Source: Chthoniobacterales bacterium
Lineage (GTDB): Bacteria; Verrucomicrobiota; Verrucomicrobiia; Chthoniobacterales; JACTMZ01
DNA length: 64,000 bases
Reading direction: 5' to 3'
Assembly (NCBI GenBank): GCA_049451035.1
Contig: JBMTVD010000001.1
Coordinates: 910 to 64,909, forward strand
Every line of letters begins with the position of its first letter. The first letter of the stretch is position 1. Below, in pieces: positions 19,287-31,439 of the stretch. The position numbers were made by a program, and so were the translations under genes. Under the pieces are notes generated by a model. It did not search any database, was not told where the DNA came from, and saw nothing but the letters and a program-made list of their open reading frames with translations.

Positions 19287-21167
19287 ATGCAACCCGAGCT
19301 CCAAACCGCCATCGACGAAGGAAAAATCAACCCCCACCAAGCCAAAATCCTCGAACAACTCCCGGTTGGCGCCTACGCCCTGCACAAGAGCTGGGGCTGC
19401 GCCCGCGTGGCCAATGCAGACTTTCTCCTCGGGCAACTCGAACTCGAATTCCTCGGCGGCCGCAAACAGGCCATGCAGATGGCTTTCGCCGCCGCGGCCC
19501 TCACACCCGTTTCCCCGTCGCACGTCGAAGCCCGCCGCATGGCCGACACCGATGCGGTGCGCCAAGAGGCGCTGGCCAAGCCCGTCGAGTTTGTCCACTC
19601 CGTCGTCAACGACTTCGGTTCCCGGCTGACCCTCGAAGCGCTCGGTGATTACCTGGGGTCCGTGCTGCCCGACAGTGCGTTTTCCTCCGGGGGGAAAGAC
19701 GCCTTCAAACGCTGGTGGACCTCGGTGCGCAACAAACTCAAAGCCGATGGTCGCTTCTTGCTGCCCTCGAAAAAGAGTGAATTCGTCGTCCTGCGCGAAC
19801 GTCCCGCCTCCCCCCACCTCGATATCGTCGACGCTTTCGAAAAAGCGAGGCAACCGAAGGAACAGGCGGCCGCCGCCGAGTTGCTGCTCAAAGGCCTGTC
19901 GAAATTCGACGGCGCCCCCGAAGAACTGGGCCGCGTCCTCGATCTTCTGGAAAAAGCGGCGGCCGAACATCAAAGGCGAAATCCCGCGCATTCCATCCAT
20001 CTGCTGTGCGTGCGCGACGAAATCCTCGAGCGCCGCAAGGCCGCCCTGCCCGAGGGCGCGTTGACTCTGGCCAGCTTTCTCTCCCACCCGCCCGCTCACC
20101 TCGCTTTGCTGCTGGCTCCGCTGCCCGCGGCCCGCATCCGCCACGCCCTGGAGGCCGGCGCCTCGGCGGGCGACAGCACGGCCGACGCCCTGCTCATCGA
20201 CGTCCTGCAGGAGGGCGACTCCAAAGTCGTGGCCGAGGCGACGCGCTTGCTGCTCGAGAAGGGACACTTGGAACCCCTGCGCTCGAGCCTCAACAAGAGC
20301 ATCGCGGAGCGCAACGCCAACCCCGAATTGCTCGCCTGGCTGCTCGGCAAGCGACCGGACAACCTCGTTGATCTGGTCACCCTCGAGACGCTGGAGGCCG
20401 CCATCTCCGTGGTCGAGCGCGAGAATATCAAGGACTCCAAACGGGCCACCAAGCTGCACAAGGTGCTCGCGGACGACAAAAAACTGATCGGGGAGGCGGT
20501 CGGACGCTCCGATGCCGAGGCGGCCCGGGAATTCGTCCGCAAGATCAAGCGCACGCCGGTGTTCGAGGAGATGGACAAACGGGCCCTGCTGGCCCGCGCG
20601 ATCAAGGCACGTCCGGAATTGCAGGAACTCCTCGAGGCCGCCGAGGAAAAGTCCGCCTCGTCGGCCGCACCCGCAGCCAAAATCCTCACGGTCTCTTGGG
20701 CCAGCCTCGAGCAGCGCAAGAAGGATTACGACGATCTGGTCAATGTCCGCATCCCGGCCAACAGCCGCGACATCCAGGTGGCGCGCGAGCAGGGAGACCT
20801 GCGCGAGAACGCCGGCTTCAAATTCGCCAAGGAACAGCAGGGCGTGCTCATGCGCCACAAAGCCGAGATGGAGCACCAACTCGCCAATTGCCGGGGCACC
20901 AACTTCGAAAATCCCGACACCTCGCGGGTCAGCCTCGGCACCACCGTGCGCCTGCGCGACAAAACCACGGGCCAGGAGGAACAACTGCATATCCTCGGGG
21001 CGTGGGACGGCAATTCGGAAAAAAACATCGTCTCTTACCTCGCCGCGGCGGCCACGGCCCTCATCGGCAAAGCGCCCGGCGAAGCCGTGCAGATGCCGTC
21101 CGAGCAGGGCGAACGCGAAGTCGAGGTGCTCTCGGTCGAGGCGTTCAAAAACCTTGAAATTTTGTAG
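19287..21167 (+). CDS. greA: GreA-family transcript cleavage factor with a ~470-aa N-terminal extension
   Basis: The C-terminal ~155 aa is a complete Gre factor. It has the coiled-coil finger REQGDLRENAGFKFAKEQQGVLMRHKAEMEHQL and the globular domain VSLGTTVRLRDKTTGQEEQLHILGAWD...ALIGKAPGEAV. The N-terminal 470 aa is not recognised. Confidence 0.8.
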   Translation: MQPELQTAIDEGKINPHQAKILEQLPVGAYALHKSWGCARVANADFLLGQLELEFLGGRKQAMQMAFAAAALTPVSPSHVEARRMADTDAVRQEALAKPVEFVHSVVNDFGSRLTLEALGDYLGSVLPDSAFSSGGKDAFKRWWTSVRNKLKADGRFLLPSKKSEFVVLRERPASPHLDIVDAFEKARQPKEQAAAAELLLKGLSKFDGAPEELGRVLDLLEKAAAEHQRRNPAHSIHLLCVRDEILERRKAALPEGALTLASFLSHPPAHLALLLAPLPAARIRHALEAGASAGDSTADALLIDVLQEGDSKVVAEATRLLLEKGHLEPLRSSLNKSIAERNANPELLAWLLGKRPDNLVDLVTLETLEAAISVVERENIKDSKRATKLHKVLADDKKLIGEAVGRSDAEAAREFVRKIKRTPVFEEMDKRALLARAIKARPELQELLEAAEEKSASSAAPAAKILTVSWASLEQRKKDYDDLVNVRIPANSRDIQVAREQGDLRENAGFKFAKEQQGVLMRHKAEMEHQLANCRGTNFENPDTSRVSLGTTVRLRDKTTGQEEQLHILGAWDGNSEKNIVSYLAAAATALIGKAPGEAVQMPSEQGEREVEVLSVEAFKNLEIL

Positions 21168-21179
21168 AAAACGCGCTAA

Positions 21180-22849
<1,670 letters not shown>

Positions 22850-22852
22850 CCC

Positions 22853-24002
22853 GTGTCCAACCCCGAATTCGAAAGCCTCGATACCTCCGGGCTCGCCTCT
22901 CGACTGGCGCAGCTACGGAGGTTTCTTTGACTACGAGAAACTTGCGGGCGAGTTGACGGCCGTCGAGGGACGGATGGCCGAACCGGGTTTCTGGGACCAC
23001 AAGGACAAAGCCCAGGCCGACGTGGAAAAGGTTTCCCGCCTCCGCGGGCTCATCGAACCCTTCCGCGGACTCGAGACCCGTATCGGCGACCTCGCCGTCC
23101 TCCACGAGATGGCCGCCGAAGAAGCTGCCGGGGAGGCGCGTACGCAAGCCGAGCAGGAGGTGCTCAAGGAGTTCCACGAGCTCGTGAAAGCTCTCGATGA
23201 CTTCGAGATCACCTGCCTCCTCGGCGGCGAGTTCGATCGCAACGCCGCCTACATGACCATCCACTCCGGCGCCGGGGGCACCGAGGCCTGCGACTGGGCC
23301 GACATGCTCATGCGCATGTACCAGCGCTGGATCGAGCGCCACGGATTGAGGTCCGAAATTCTCGACATCCAACCGGGGGACGAAACGGGCGTCAAATGGG
23401 CCACGCTCAAAGTCACCGGCGATTATTCCTACGGCTATCTGCAGACCGAACGGGGCGTGCACCGCCTCGTGCGCATTTCACCCTTCGACAGCAACAAACG
23501 CCGCCACACCTCCTTCGCCAGCATCGACGTCACCCCGGAGATCCCCGAGGACGCGCCGATCGAGGTGGAAGAACGCGACCTGAAGATCGACACATACCGC
23601 AGCGGCGGCAAAGGCGGCCAAAACGTCAACAAAGTCGAGACCGCCGTCCGCCTCACCCACATGCCGAGCGGCATTGTCGTGGCCTGCCAGGCCGAGCGCA
23701 GCCAGGGGCGCAACCGCGACATGGCCATGAAGATGCTCAAAGCCAAACTCTACCAGATCGAGCAGGACAAAAAGCGAGCCGAGGTCGAACGCCAATACGG
23801 CGAGAAGGGTGACATCGCGTGGGGCAACCAGATCCGCAGCTACGTCTTCCAGCCCTACCAGATGGTCAAGGACCTCCGCACGGGCGTGCAAACCAGCGAC
23901 GTGCAGGGGGTGATGGACGGCGACCTCGACGCCTTCATCCACGGAAAACTCCGCGGTCTCACCTACAAAAAAGGCGCCGGCGAGGAGGACGAGGACATTT
24001 AG
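22853..24002 (+). CDS. prfB: Peptide chain release factor 2, made by programmed +1 frameshift (frame 0 is 22853..22927, frame +1 is 22929..24002)
   Basis: Frame 0 is GTG 22853 [25 protein letters not shown] followed by in-frame TGA at 22928. The shift site is GGAGG-TTT-CTT-TGA-C (22917-22931). Frame +1 continues [23 protein letters not shown]... and carries the RF2 SPF motif (RISPFDS) and the GGQ motif ([10 protein letters not shown]). Confidence 0.9.
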
Positions 24003-24327
24003 ACGCGCGGCACGGCTCGCTCCCGGCTTGGGCTGCTTGCCGTGCTGATCTCCGCCGCGTGCGGGAACATCGATCACGCGGCCTTTGTTTGGCTCGAGAA
24101 ACCCAGCGGCGCGAAAGGCCACGAAAAAATTGTCCGGACCTCCCGGGGCACCTCCGGGCCGGGCGAGCGCCCCGTCCTGGACGACGCGAGCGATCTCCCC
24201 TCGGTCATGATTTTGCCGACCGCGTCGCCCGCGTAGCTTGTGAGAACCATCGCGAACATGTTCGGGACGGCCGGGAAATTCCGCGGTGGCCGGCCCGCAA
24301 GGGGGGGGCCTGCGTGATCGGGCAAAA

Positions 24328-25071
24328 TTAGGCCATCAACTCGCGCAAGCGGCACACTTCCTCGTGCAATTTCGCGGCTTCCTTCTTGCGATCGAGCAGC
24401 GCGGGAGAGCTTTGACCGAAAATAACCGTCACCTCGAACGAGCGCAGCCCGAGAAATCGCCAGAGATGCGCGACAAAGCCGACGCCGCCCCACCAGCAAA
24501 TATCCCTGATCGTGTCGCCGGGAGGGTCGGCCCGGTAACCCAACGCGGCCGGTGTCACACCGCAACCGGTTTCGAGAGCGGCCTGCAGCAAAGCACTGCG
24601 GAACGGGAGAACTGTTGCGCCGTCCGTGCTGGTGCCTTCGGGAAAAAGAATAACCGGCACGCCCCGCGCCAGCGCGTTTTTGATGTCTTCGACTTGGCCC
24701 GTCACCTCGCGCCGGTGCGCGCGGCGAACAAAAACCGTGCCGGCCAGTTCCGCGGCCCACCCGATAAACGGCCACGCCCGGATTTCCGCTTTAGATACAA
24801 AACTGCAAGGGCAAGCCGAACCGAGTGCGGCAATGTCGATATAGGACAGATGGTTGCTGACGATCAGGCCGCGGCGCGGCGGCGTTCCCCTCACCGTGAG
24901 GCGCCCGCCGACAATGCGCATCGCGACACGCAACATCCATTGCAGCCACAGGACGCCCTGCCCGGCCGTGTTACCGCGTCCGCGTCGGCGAAACAGCAGG
25001 TAGGCCGGCAAGGTGAGCGGCAGGAAAGCCGCGAAGAAAGCCAGACGAACGATTCTCCGGATAAAGCCCAT
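24328..25071 (-). CDS. 1-acyl-sn-glycerol-3-phosphate acyltransferase family (PlsC-like)
   Basis: ATG 25071 (MGFIRRIVRLAFF). HX4D motif NHLSYIDI and the FPEGTS motif. Confidence 0.85.
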   Translation of the reverse strand: MGFIRRIVRLAFFAAFLPLTLPAYLLFRRRGRGNTAGQGVLWLQWMLRVAMRIVGGRLTVRGTPPRRGLIVSNHLSYIDIAALGSACPCSFVSKAEIRAWPFIGWAAELAGTVFVRRAHRREVTGQVEDIKNALARGVPVILFPEGTSTDGATVLPFRSALLQAALETGCGVTPAALGYRADPPGDTIRDICWWGGVGFVAHLWRFLGLRSFEVTVIFGQSSPALLDRKKEAAKLHEEVCRLRELMA

Positions 25072-25076
25072 CACGA

Positions 25077-26171
25077 TCAGGGCGCGGGAACGTCGGACGG
25101 GGTGATCTGCGTCAACACCTGACGGGGGCGCTCCGCGCAAACGATGGCCACAGGCTTGGCGGGAACCCGGCTTCTCCCCCGATAAGCGATCGGCCCGGTA
25201 ACGCCGGCCACCGGCGCGCCCGACTGGAGTCGCCCGGCCAGATCGGCTCCGTCCGCCGGACGGGCGGCCAGCAGCAAACGCAGGGCGTCGAAGCCGAGGC
25301 CCCCGAAGGCATCGGGACTCCCGCGGTAAGAGCCGCGGAAGGCCGCCAAGACGGCGGCAGGCGCCCCCTGCGCCGGATAGGCGTGCGTGGTGAAGTAGAC
25401 GTCTTCGGCCAGAGGTTCGCCGGTCCAGAAAGACGGGTTGTCATAGCCATCGCCCCCGACGATCGGGCCCTTGAATCCGGCGGCGCGCATCTTGGCGATG
25501 ACCCGCGCCGCTTCCTTGGCCGATTCGGCCGCGAGATAGATCGCCTCGCAGGAACCGAGATTGCGGGGCAACCCGACCGGCTCGCTGCCGCGGTAAGCCA
25601 TAACTTCCTCCACCGTGCCTCCCGCTTTTTCGAAGGCGTCGGCAAAGTAGCGCTGGAGCAACCGCGTGTAAATCTGCGTGGAGTCGTAGATGACCGTGAC
25701 TTTTGCGATTTTTTTTGCCCCGCGCAGCCATTGCGCCGCGGCAGCCGCTTGCACATTGTCCCCGAAGCAGGCGAGGAAGAAACGGGAGCCGACTTGCCGC
25801 GGCAAAAGCGGCGACGTCGCCCCTGAGGTGACGAAGACCTTCCCCGCTTTAACCGCCTCCCGTCCCGCCGCCAACGCCGCACCGGTGTCGGAGATGCCGA
25901 CAAACCCGGCGATGTCCGGATGGTTTTGCAGGACTCCTTTCACCGCTTGGACTGCAGACGCCGGAGTGCTGTCGTAGGGCGCATAGACCAACTCGACCGC
26001 TGGTCCGGAGCGGTTGGCCACCGCGGCAGCCGCTTGAGTCCCCCGCCAGGAGGCATCGTCGAGCGGCTTGAGAAATCCAGAGTCGGCGTAAACCGCACCG
26101 ATCTTGACCGGCGCGGCGGAGGCAAGGGCGGCCATGAAGGTAAGTAGGCTGCAGATCAGGAACTTGGGCAT
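25077..26171 (-). CDS. Periplasmic binding protein (Leu/Ile/Val-binding protein-like, Peripla_BP_6)
   Basis: ATG 26171 gives the signal peptide MPKFLICSLLTFMAALASAAP. VKIGAVYADSG and the type I PBP pattern follow. Confidence 0.8.
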   Translation of the reverse strand: MPKFLICSLLTFMAALASAAPVKIGAVYADSGFLKPLDDASWRGTQAAAAVANRSGPAVELVYAPYDSTPASAVQAVKGVLQNHPDIAGFVGISDTGAALAAGREAVKAGKVFVTSGATSPLLPRQVGSRFFLACFGDNVQAAAAAQWLRGAKKIAKVTVIYDSTQIYTRLLQRYFADAFEKAGGTVEEVMAYRGSEPVGLPRNLGSCEAIYLAAESAKEAARVIAKMRAAGFKGPIVGGDGYDNPSFWTGEPLAEDVYFTTHAYPAQGAPAAVLAAFRGSYRGSPDAFGGLGFDALRLLLAARPADGADLAGRLQSGAPVAGVTGPIAYRGRSRVPAKPVAIVCAERPRQVLTQITPSDVPAP

Positions 26172-26281
26172 GCGTCTCTTGTAGGTCTGCCCAGCGCGAC
26201 TGCCAAGCGTCCCGATGGCGAATTTCCGGGAGCCGAAATTCGTGCTGTATAACGGAAACCGGAGACGGAACACTTGCCCTG

Positions 26282-26794
26282 ATGAAATCCCTCCTCTCCC
26301 TCCTGCTCCTTCTGCCCCTCACCTCGTTTGCCTCGCTCGAGGAACTCCTCGGCACCGAAATGATCGACGCCAACGGCGACAAAGTGGAAACCTCGTCGCT
26401 CGCAGGCAAAGTCATCGGACTTTACTTCTCCGCCGAATGGTGTGGGCCGTGCAAGATGTTCACCCCGGAACTGGTCAAGTTCCGCGACCGCAACGACGAA
26501 AAATTCGAGGTGGTTTTCGTCAGCAGCGACCGGAGCGCGGAGGACCAGCAGGAATACATGAAGGACTATGACATGGAATGGCCGGCCATTCCGCATGACT
26601 CTCCGCTGCGCGAGCAACTCGGCGGCAAATACGGAATCCGCGGGATTCCCTCCCTCGTCATCGTGGACGACCAAGGCAATCTCATCACCAAAGACGGCCG
26701 TTCCGAGTTGAGCGGTTCCGATTCCGATGCGCGCCAAGCCCTGCGCGAATGGCTCCGCGCCGCCGGACAAGGCGACGGCGAGGAAGAGGACTGA
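26282..26794 (+). CDS. Secreted thioredoxin-like protein (nucleoredoxin/Thioredoxin_8 type)
   Basis: Signal peptide MKSLLSLLLLLPLTSFA. Active site YFSAEWCGPCKMF. GIRGIPSLVIVD is also present. Confidence 0.85.
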   Translation: MKSLLSLLLLLPLTSFASLEELLGTEMIDANGDKVETSSLAGKVIGLYFSAEWCGPCKMFTPELVKFRDRNDEKFEVVFVSSDRSAEDQQEYMKDYDMEWPAIPHDSPLREQLGGKYGIRGIPSLVIVDDQGNLITKDGRSELSGSDSDARQALREWLRAAGQGDGEEED

Positions 26795-27145
26795 TCAGTC
26801 TCGTCCGCTCCGGAGCACCAACAAGGAAGCGAGCGACGCGACCAGCATCGTCGTGATCAGCACCGAGGCGAAGAGTTTCGGCGCGCCCGCCGCGTAGGCC
26901 GTCCATCCGGCAACCGAGCGCCAGCTGAAGGCTGCCACCAGCAGGATCGTGCTGGCCCACGCTGCGACCTTGGCCCAAACCAGACCCTTGAGCATGAGGA
27001 AGCCCCAGAGCGTCGAAAGACCTCCGAAGGTTCCACCGGATATCAGCGCCGTCTTCGCCCCCGCCGGATTGGAAAGATAGCCGGCCAGCCCGCAAAGGAT
27101 GAGAAAGACCCCGAAGCCGACAAACCAGCGGCCGGCAAAAGTCAT
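26795..27145 (-). CDS. Small four-helix membrane protein (TMEM14/UPF0136-like)
   Basis: 116 aa, four hydrophobic helices. ATGA overlap with the gatB stop. Confidence 0.6.
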   Translation of the reverse strand: MTFAGRWFVGFGVFLILCGLAGYLSNPAGAKTALISGGTFGGLSTLWGFLMLKGLVWAKVAAWASTILLVAAFSWRSVAGWTAYAAGAPKLFASVLITTMLVASLASLLVLRSGRD

Positions 27146-28599
27146 GACAGCTTCTGCCCTAGCATGTCGCCGACCATCACCGGATTGGCTTTGCCCTTGG
27201 ACAGCTTCATGACCTGGCCCTTGAGGAAGTTGAGCGCGGCACCTTTGCCCGCTTTGTAGTCGGCCACGGACTGCGGATTGGCGGCGATTACTTCATCGCA
27301 AAGCGCTCCGATGGCCCCGGCGTCGCTTTCCTGTTTAAGGCCTTTTTCTTCGACGATGATGCCCGGATCGCGTCCGGTGGCGAACATGTCGGCGAAGACT
27401 TCCTTGGCCTGCTTGCCATTGATTTGTCCGCCGGCGACCAGCGCGACGAGCGCGTCGAGTTGCGCAGGCTGGACCGGACACTCGGAAATGGTCTTGTCTG
27501 CGGCGGAGAGGGCGCTTTGCAGGTCGTTGAGGATCCAGTTGGCGATCTGCTTGCCGCGCGATGAACCGGTGGCGGCTTTTTCGAAGTAGCCGCCCAACTC
27601 GAGGTTGTCGGCCAACACGGCAGCGTCGTATTCGCTGACCCCGAAATCTTTCTCGTACCGCGCACGCTTCTGCGCCGGGGTTTCGGGCAGCAACTCTTTC
27701 GCGGCGGCCAGAAGCTTTTCCGTTTTGACCGGCATCAGGTCGGGGTCGGGGAAGTAACGGTAGTCGTGGGCCGATTCCTTGATACGCATGAGCTGGGTCT
27801 CGCCCAGATCATCGTCCCAGCGCCGGGTCTCCTGCTGCAGCGCGCCACCATTGCGCAGGACGTCGATTTGGCGGTCGATTTCATAAGCCAGCGCGCGACG
27901 CACCCCGCTGATCGTGTTGAGATTCTTGAGTTCGATCTTGGTCCCGAATTTTTCGGTGCCGACCGGACGCACGGAGACGTTCACATCGCAGCGCATCTGG
28001 CCTTTTTCCATGTCGGCGTCGGAAACCCCGGCGTAGAGCAGGTGCTGTTTGAGCGAGGTCAGGTAGGCGAAAGCCTCTTCGGGATTGGCGATGTCCGCCT
28101 CGGAGACGATTTCCATGAGTGGAGTGCCCGCGCGGTTGAAGTCGATCCCGGACGAACTCTCCAGGTGGAAACTTTTGGCCACGTCCTCCTCGAGGTGGAT
28201 GCGGGTCAGGCGGATGACCTTGTCTTTTGTGGCGATCGTTTTTTGAGCGTCCTTCGGATAGGCCAGGTCATGCAGCGGCACGCCACCACCGAGACAGAGC
28301 GGCATGTCGTATTGCGAAATCTGGTAGTTTTTGGGCATGTCCGGGTAGTAGTAGCTCTTGCGGTCGAACTTGCAGACCTCGGCGATTTTGCAGCCGAGCA
28401 TGAGACCCGTGAGGATGGTCAATTTGAGCGCCTCCTCGTTCATGACCGGCAGCGCGCCGGGCAACCCGAGGCAGGTCGGGCAGGTGTGGGTGTTCGGCGT
28501 GGCCCCGTATTCGACCGGGCAGGCGCAGAACATTTTGCTGCGCGTCTTGAGCTGCACGTGGACCTCGAGTCCGATGGTGGCGATGTAGTCCTGACTCAT
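27142..28599 (-). CDS. gatB: Asp-tRNA(Asn)/Glu-tRNA(Gln) amidotransferase subunit B
   Basis: IGLEVHVQLKTRSKMFCACP...HTCPTCLGLPGALPV, 485 aa. Confidence 0.95.
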   Translation of the reverse strand: MSQDYIATIGLEVHVQLKTRSKMFCACPVEYGATPNTHTCPTCLGLPGALPVMNEEALKLTILTGLMLGCKIAEVCKFDRKSYYYPDMPKNYQISQYDMPLCLGGGVPLHDLAYPKDAQKTIATKDKVIRLTRIHLEEDVAKSFHLESSSGIDFNRAGTPLMEIVSEADIANPEEAFAYLTSLKQHLLYAGVSDADMEKGQMRCDVNVSVRPVGTEKFGTKIELKNLNTISGVRRALAYEIDRQIDVLRNGGALQQETRRWDDDLGETQLMRIKESAHDYRYFPDPDLMPVKTEKLLAAAKELLPETPAQKRARYEKDFGVSEYDAAVLADNLELGGYFEKAATGSSRGKQIANWILNDLQSALSAADKTISECPVQPAQLDALVALVAGGQINGKQAKEVFADMFATGRDPGIIVEEKGLKQESDAGAIGALCDEVIAANPQSVADYKAGKGAALNFLKGQVMKLSKGKANPVMVGDMLGQKLS

Positions 28600-29408
28600 G
28601 GCGTTGGAACGGGCGAAGGTGCCGATTCCTGCAGGGCATAGTCGAGCGCTTTTTCCAACTCGAAGCCGGCGAACGATTGCTGCACCTCCGGATCGGAGGC
28701 GATTTCAGCCAGCTTGGGGCTGGTCAGGAGCGAGAAATAATTCCCCTCCGAGGCCGCCCCGACCACCCCCGGATCGGTGAAAAGTTCCATGATCTTCGGT
28801 TGGGCGAGAAACTGCTGCGTCTGCGGGTAGGCGAAAAATCGTGCGGTGGCCTCGGGGGACTGGGTCACGCGGAGCAACTTGGTGACGAGCACGTAGACAT
28901 TCGCGGGCACGATATCGACCTGCTGGACAAGGTCGCCGGCCGCCCCCTCCTCCAAGGAGTCCTTGATGGCGGCAAGTTGCGCGTCGCCCGGGGCGGACTG
29001 CCGTGCCTCGGCCACCGCGCCCATCGTACGGAAAATGGAAATTCCTCCCCAGAGGACGAGCAGACCGAAAATCAGCCCGAATAACCCCCCGCCCGCACCG
29101 TAAAACAAGCGCACCATACCCGCCGGCTGTTGGGCGGTCTTTTTGAAGAGCAGCGACGAGAGGACGACGGCGGCTAAATAAAACGCCAGCGCCGCGGCCA
29201 GGCCGAAGACCAGACGTCCGCCCGGGTAAGGAAGGGGAATAATCCGGTCGGAAACGAATCCTGTCATCCCGGCAAAGATCCACCCGACGCCACCCGCCAC
29301 CACCAGAGCAAGCACGCTCATCCCGTGACGCATGACCCCGCGCCGCCATCCGCGCCAGATTTCGAAAAGGAGATAAAGCCCGGCAGCGAGCCAAAGCCAA
29401 CCGCTCAT
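28596..29408 (-). CDS. CvpA-family membrane protein
   Basis: ATG 29408 ([24 protein letters not shown]). Four TM segments plus a soluble tail. ATGA overlaps at both ends. Confidence 0.75.
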   Translation of the reverse strand: MSGWLWLAAGLYLLFEIWRGWRRGVMRHGMSVLALVVAGGVGWIFAGMTGFVSDRIIPLPYPGGRLVFGLAAALAFYLAAVVLSSLLFKKTAQQPAGMVRLFYGAGGGLFGLIFGLLVLWGGISIFRTMGAVAEARQSAPGDAQLAAIKDSLEEGAAGDLVQQVDIVPANVYVLVTKLLRVTQSPEATARFFAYPQTQQFLAQPKIMELFTDPGVVGAASEGNYFSLLTSPKLAEIASDPEVQQSFAGFELEKALDYALQESAPSPVPTP

Positions 29409-30493
29409 TTTGCCGCAGACTGAGCGCGTTGGCGCAGAGCGTGATCGGCCAAGACGAGCCAGACCATCGCTTCGACAATGGGCACGGCACGCGGGATGAC
29501 GCACGGGTCGTGGCGTCCGCGGGCAGCGAGCTCGGCAGCTTCACCACCGGCGGTGACTGTTTGCTGCTTGCTGGCGATGGTGGCGGTCGGTTTGAAGGCG
29601 ATGCGAAACGTGATATCTTCGCCGTTGCTGATGCCGCCCTGCACGCCGCCCGAGCGATTGGTCACGGTGCGGGTGCGCCCCTCCCGCATTTCGAAAGCAT
29701 CGTTGTGTTCACGTCCGGTGAGTTTGGTTCCCTCGAAACCGGAGCCGATTTCGAAGCCTTTGGTCGCGGGCAGACTGAGCATGGCTTTGGCCAAATCGGC
29801 CTCGAGCTTGTCGAAAGCGGGCTCGCCCAAGCCGGGAGGACAGCCGCGGACAACGCATTCGATGAGTCCGCCGACAGAATCACCGTCGGACCGTGCTTCC
29901 TTGATGAGGGCGATCATTTTGTCCGCCGTGGCGGCATCGGGGCAACGGACGGCATTGGCCTCGATTGCTTCGCGGGTCACCGTCGAGACATCGACCAGTG
30001 CCTCGATTTGATGCACACGACTGACCCAAGCCAGCACATCGATACCGGGATGCAGGGCTTCGAGGACTTTGCGGGCCACCACCCCGGCGGCGACGCGTCC
30101 GATCGTTTCGCGTGCGGAGGCACGCCCCCCGCCCTGCCAATTGCGGATGCCGTATTTGGCCTGGTAGGTGAAATCGGCGTGGGACGGTCGGAAGGTCGTC
30201 TCCATTTCGCTGTAGGCCTCGGGCCGCGCATCTTCGTTGCGCACGAGGATCGCGATCGGCGTGCCGAGGGTCTTGCCTTGGAACACACCGGAAAGGATTT
30301 CGCAGCGATCTGCCTCCTTGCGGGGCGTGACGATATCGCTCTGGCCGGGGCGACGGCGGTCTAGTTCCTTCTGGATGTCGGCCTCGGTCAGGTCGAGTTG
30401 CGGCAGACAGCCGTCAATGACCACACCGACGCCGCCCCCGTGGGACTCGCCCCACGTGGCGATGCGGAAAAGCTGGCCGGCAACACTCGACAT
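29405..30493 (-). CDS. aroC: Chorismate synthase
   Basis: [23 protein letters not shown], 362 aa. Confidence 0.95.
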   Translation of the reverse strand: MSSVAGQLFRIATWGESHGGGVGVVIDGCLPQLDLTEADIQKELDRRRPGQSDIVTPRKEADRCEILSGVFQGKTLGTPIAILVRNEDARPEAYSEMETTFRPSHADFTYQAKYGIRNWQGGGRASARETIGRVAAGVVARKVLEALHPGIDVLAWVSRVHQIEALVDVSTVTREAIEANAVRCPDAATADKMIALIKEARSDGDSVGGLIECVVRGCPPGLGEPAFDKLEADLAKAMLSLPATKGFEIGSGFEGTKLTGREHNDAFEMREGRTRTVTNRSGGVQGGISNGEDITFRIAFKPTATIASKQQTVTAGGEAAELAARGRHDPCVIPRAVPIVEAMVWLVLADHALRQRAQSAAK

Positions 30494-30516
30494 TGGCCGC
30501 CATTATAGCCGCGCCA

Positions 30517-31341
30517 TCAGGGGAAGCGAGGATACTTGGAGAAGTCCGGCTTGCGCTTCTCCACGAAGGCCTGCTTGCCCTCTTTGGCCTCTTCACTGAG
30601 GTAATAGAGGAGAGTGGCATTGCCGGCGAGGTCGAGCAGCCCCATCTGGCCGTCGCAGTCGGCGTTGAGGGCGGCTTTCAGGCAGCGCAGGGCCATGGGC
30701 GAAAGCTCGAGCATTTCCCGGCACCACTTGAGGGTTTCGTCCTCGAGACGGGCGAGCGGCACCACGGTATTGACCAAGCCCATGTCGAGCGCCTGCTGCG
30801 CATCGTATTGGCGGCAAAGGAACCAGATCTCGCGGGCCTTTTTTTGTCCGACCACGCGCGCGAGATAGCTGGCGCCGAGCCCCCCGTCGAAGGATCCGAC
30901 CCGCGGCCCCGTCTGACCGAACCGCGCATTGTCGGCCGCGACGGTCAGGTCGCAGACCACGTGGAGAACATGTCCACCCCCGATGGCGTAGCCGGCCACC
31001 ATGGCAACGACCGGTTTGGGCAGGCTGCGAATTTGTTTTTGCACATCGAGGATATTGAGTCGCGGGACACCATCCGCGCCGATGTATCCGCCTTCACCTC
31101 GCACTTTCTGATCCCCGCCAGAGCAGAAAGCCTTGCCCCCCTCGCCAGTCAGAACAACCACACCGATCGAGGCATCGTCGCGGCAGTGGTCGAAGGCATC
31201 CTTCATTTCCTCCACGGTTTGCGGACGGAAGGCGTTGCGGACCTCGGGGCGGTTGATGGTGATCTTGGCGATCCCGTCCTCCGTTTTTTCGAATTTCAGG
31301 TCCGTGTAATCCTTGATTTTGTGCCAGACCGTGTGGGCCAT
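30517..31341 (-). CDS. menB: 1,4-dihydroxy-2-naphthoyl-CoA synthase
   Basis: ATG 31341 ([38 protein letters not shown]). Crotonase fold with [10 protein letters not shown]. Confidence 0.9.
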   Translation of the reverse strand: MAHTVWHKIKDYTDLKFEKTEDGIAKITINRPEVRNAFRPQTVEEMKDAFDHCRDDASIGVVVLTGEGGKAFCSGGDQKVRGEGGYIGADGVPRLNILDVQKQIRSLPKPVVAMVAGYAIGGGHVLHVVCDLTVAADNARFGQTGPRVGSFDGGLGASYLARVVGQKKAREIWFLCRQYDAQQALDMGLVNTVVPLARLEDETLKWCREMLELSPMALRCLKAALNADCDGQMGLLDLAGNATLLYYLSEEAKEGKQAFVEKRKPDFSKYPRFP

Positions 31342-31439
31342 GCCGGAAGAAAAGCAGAAGATGGAAGGTTGAGGAAGTAGAAGCGGTCGACCGCCGCCAG
31401 TCCTCGAGGAACCGGAGACGCACCCGCTGGTTCGGCGCT

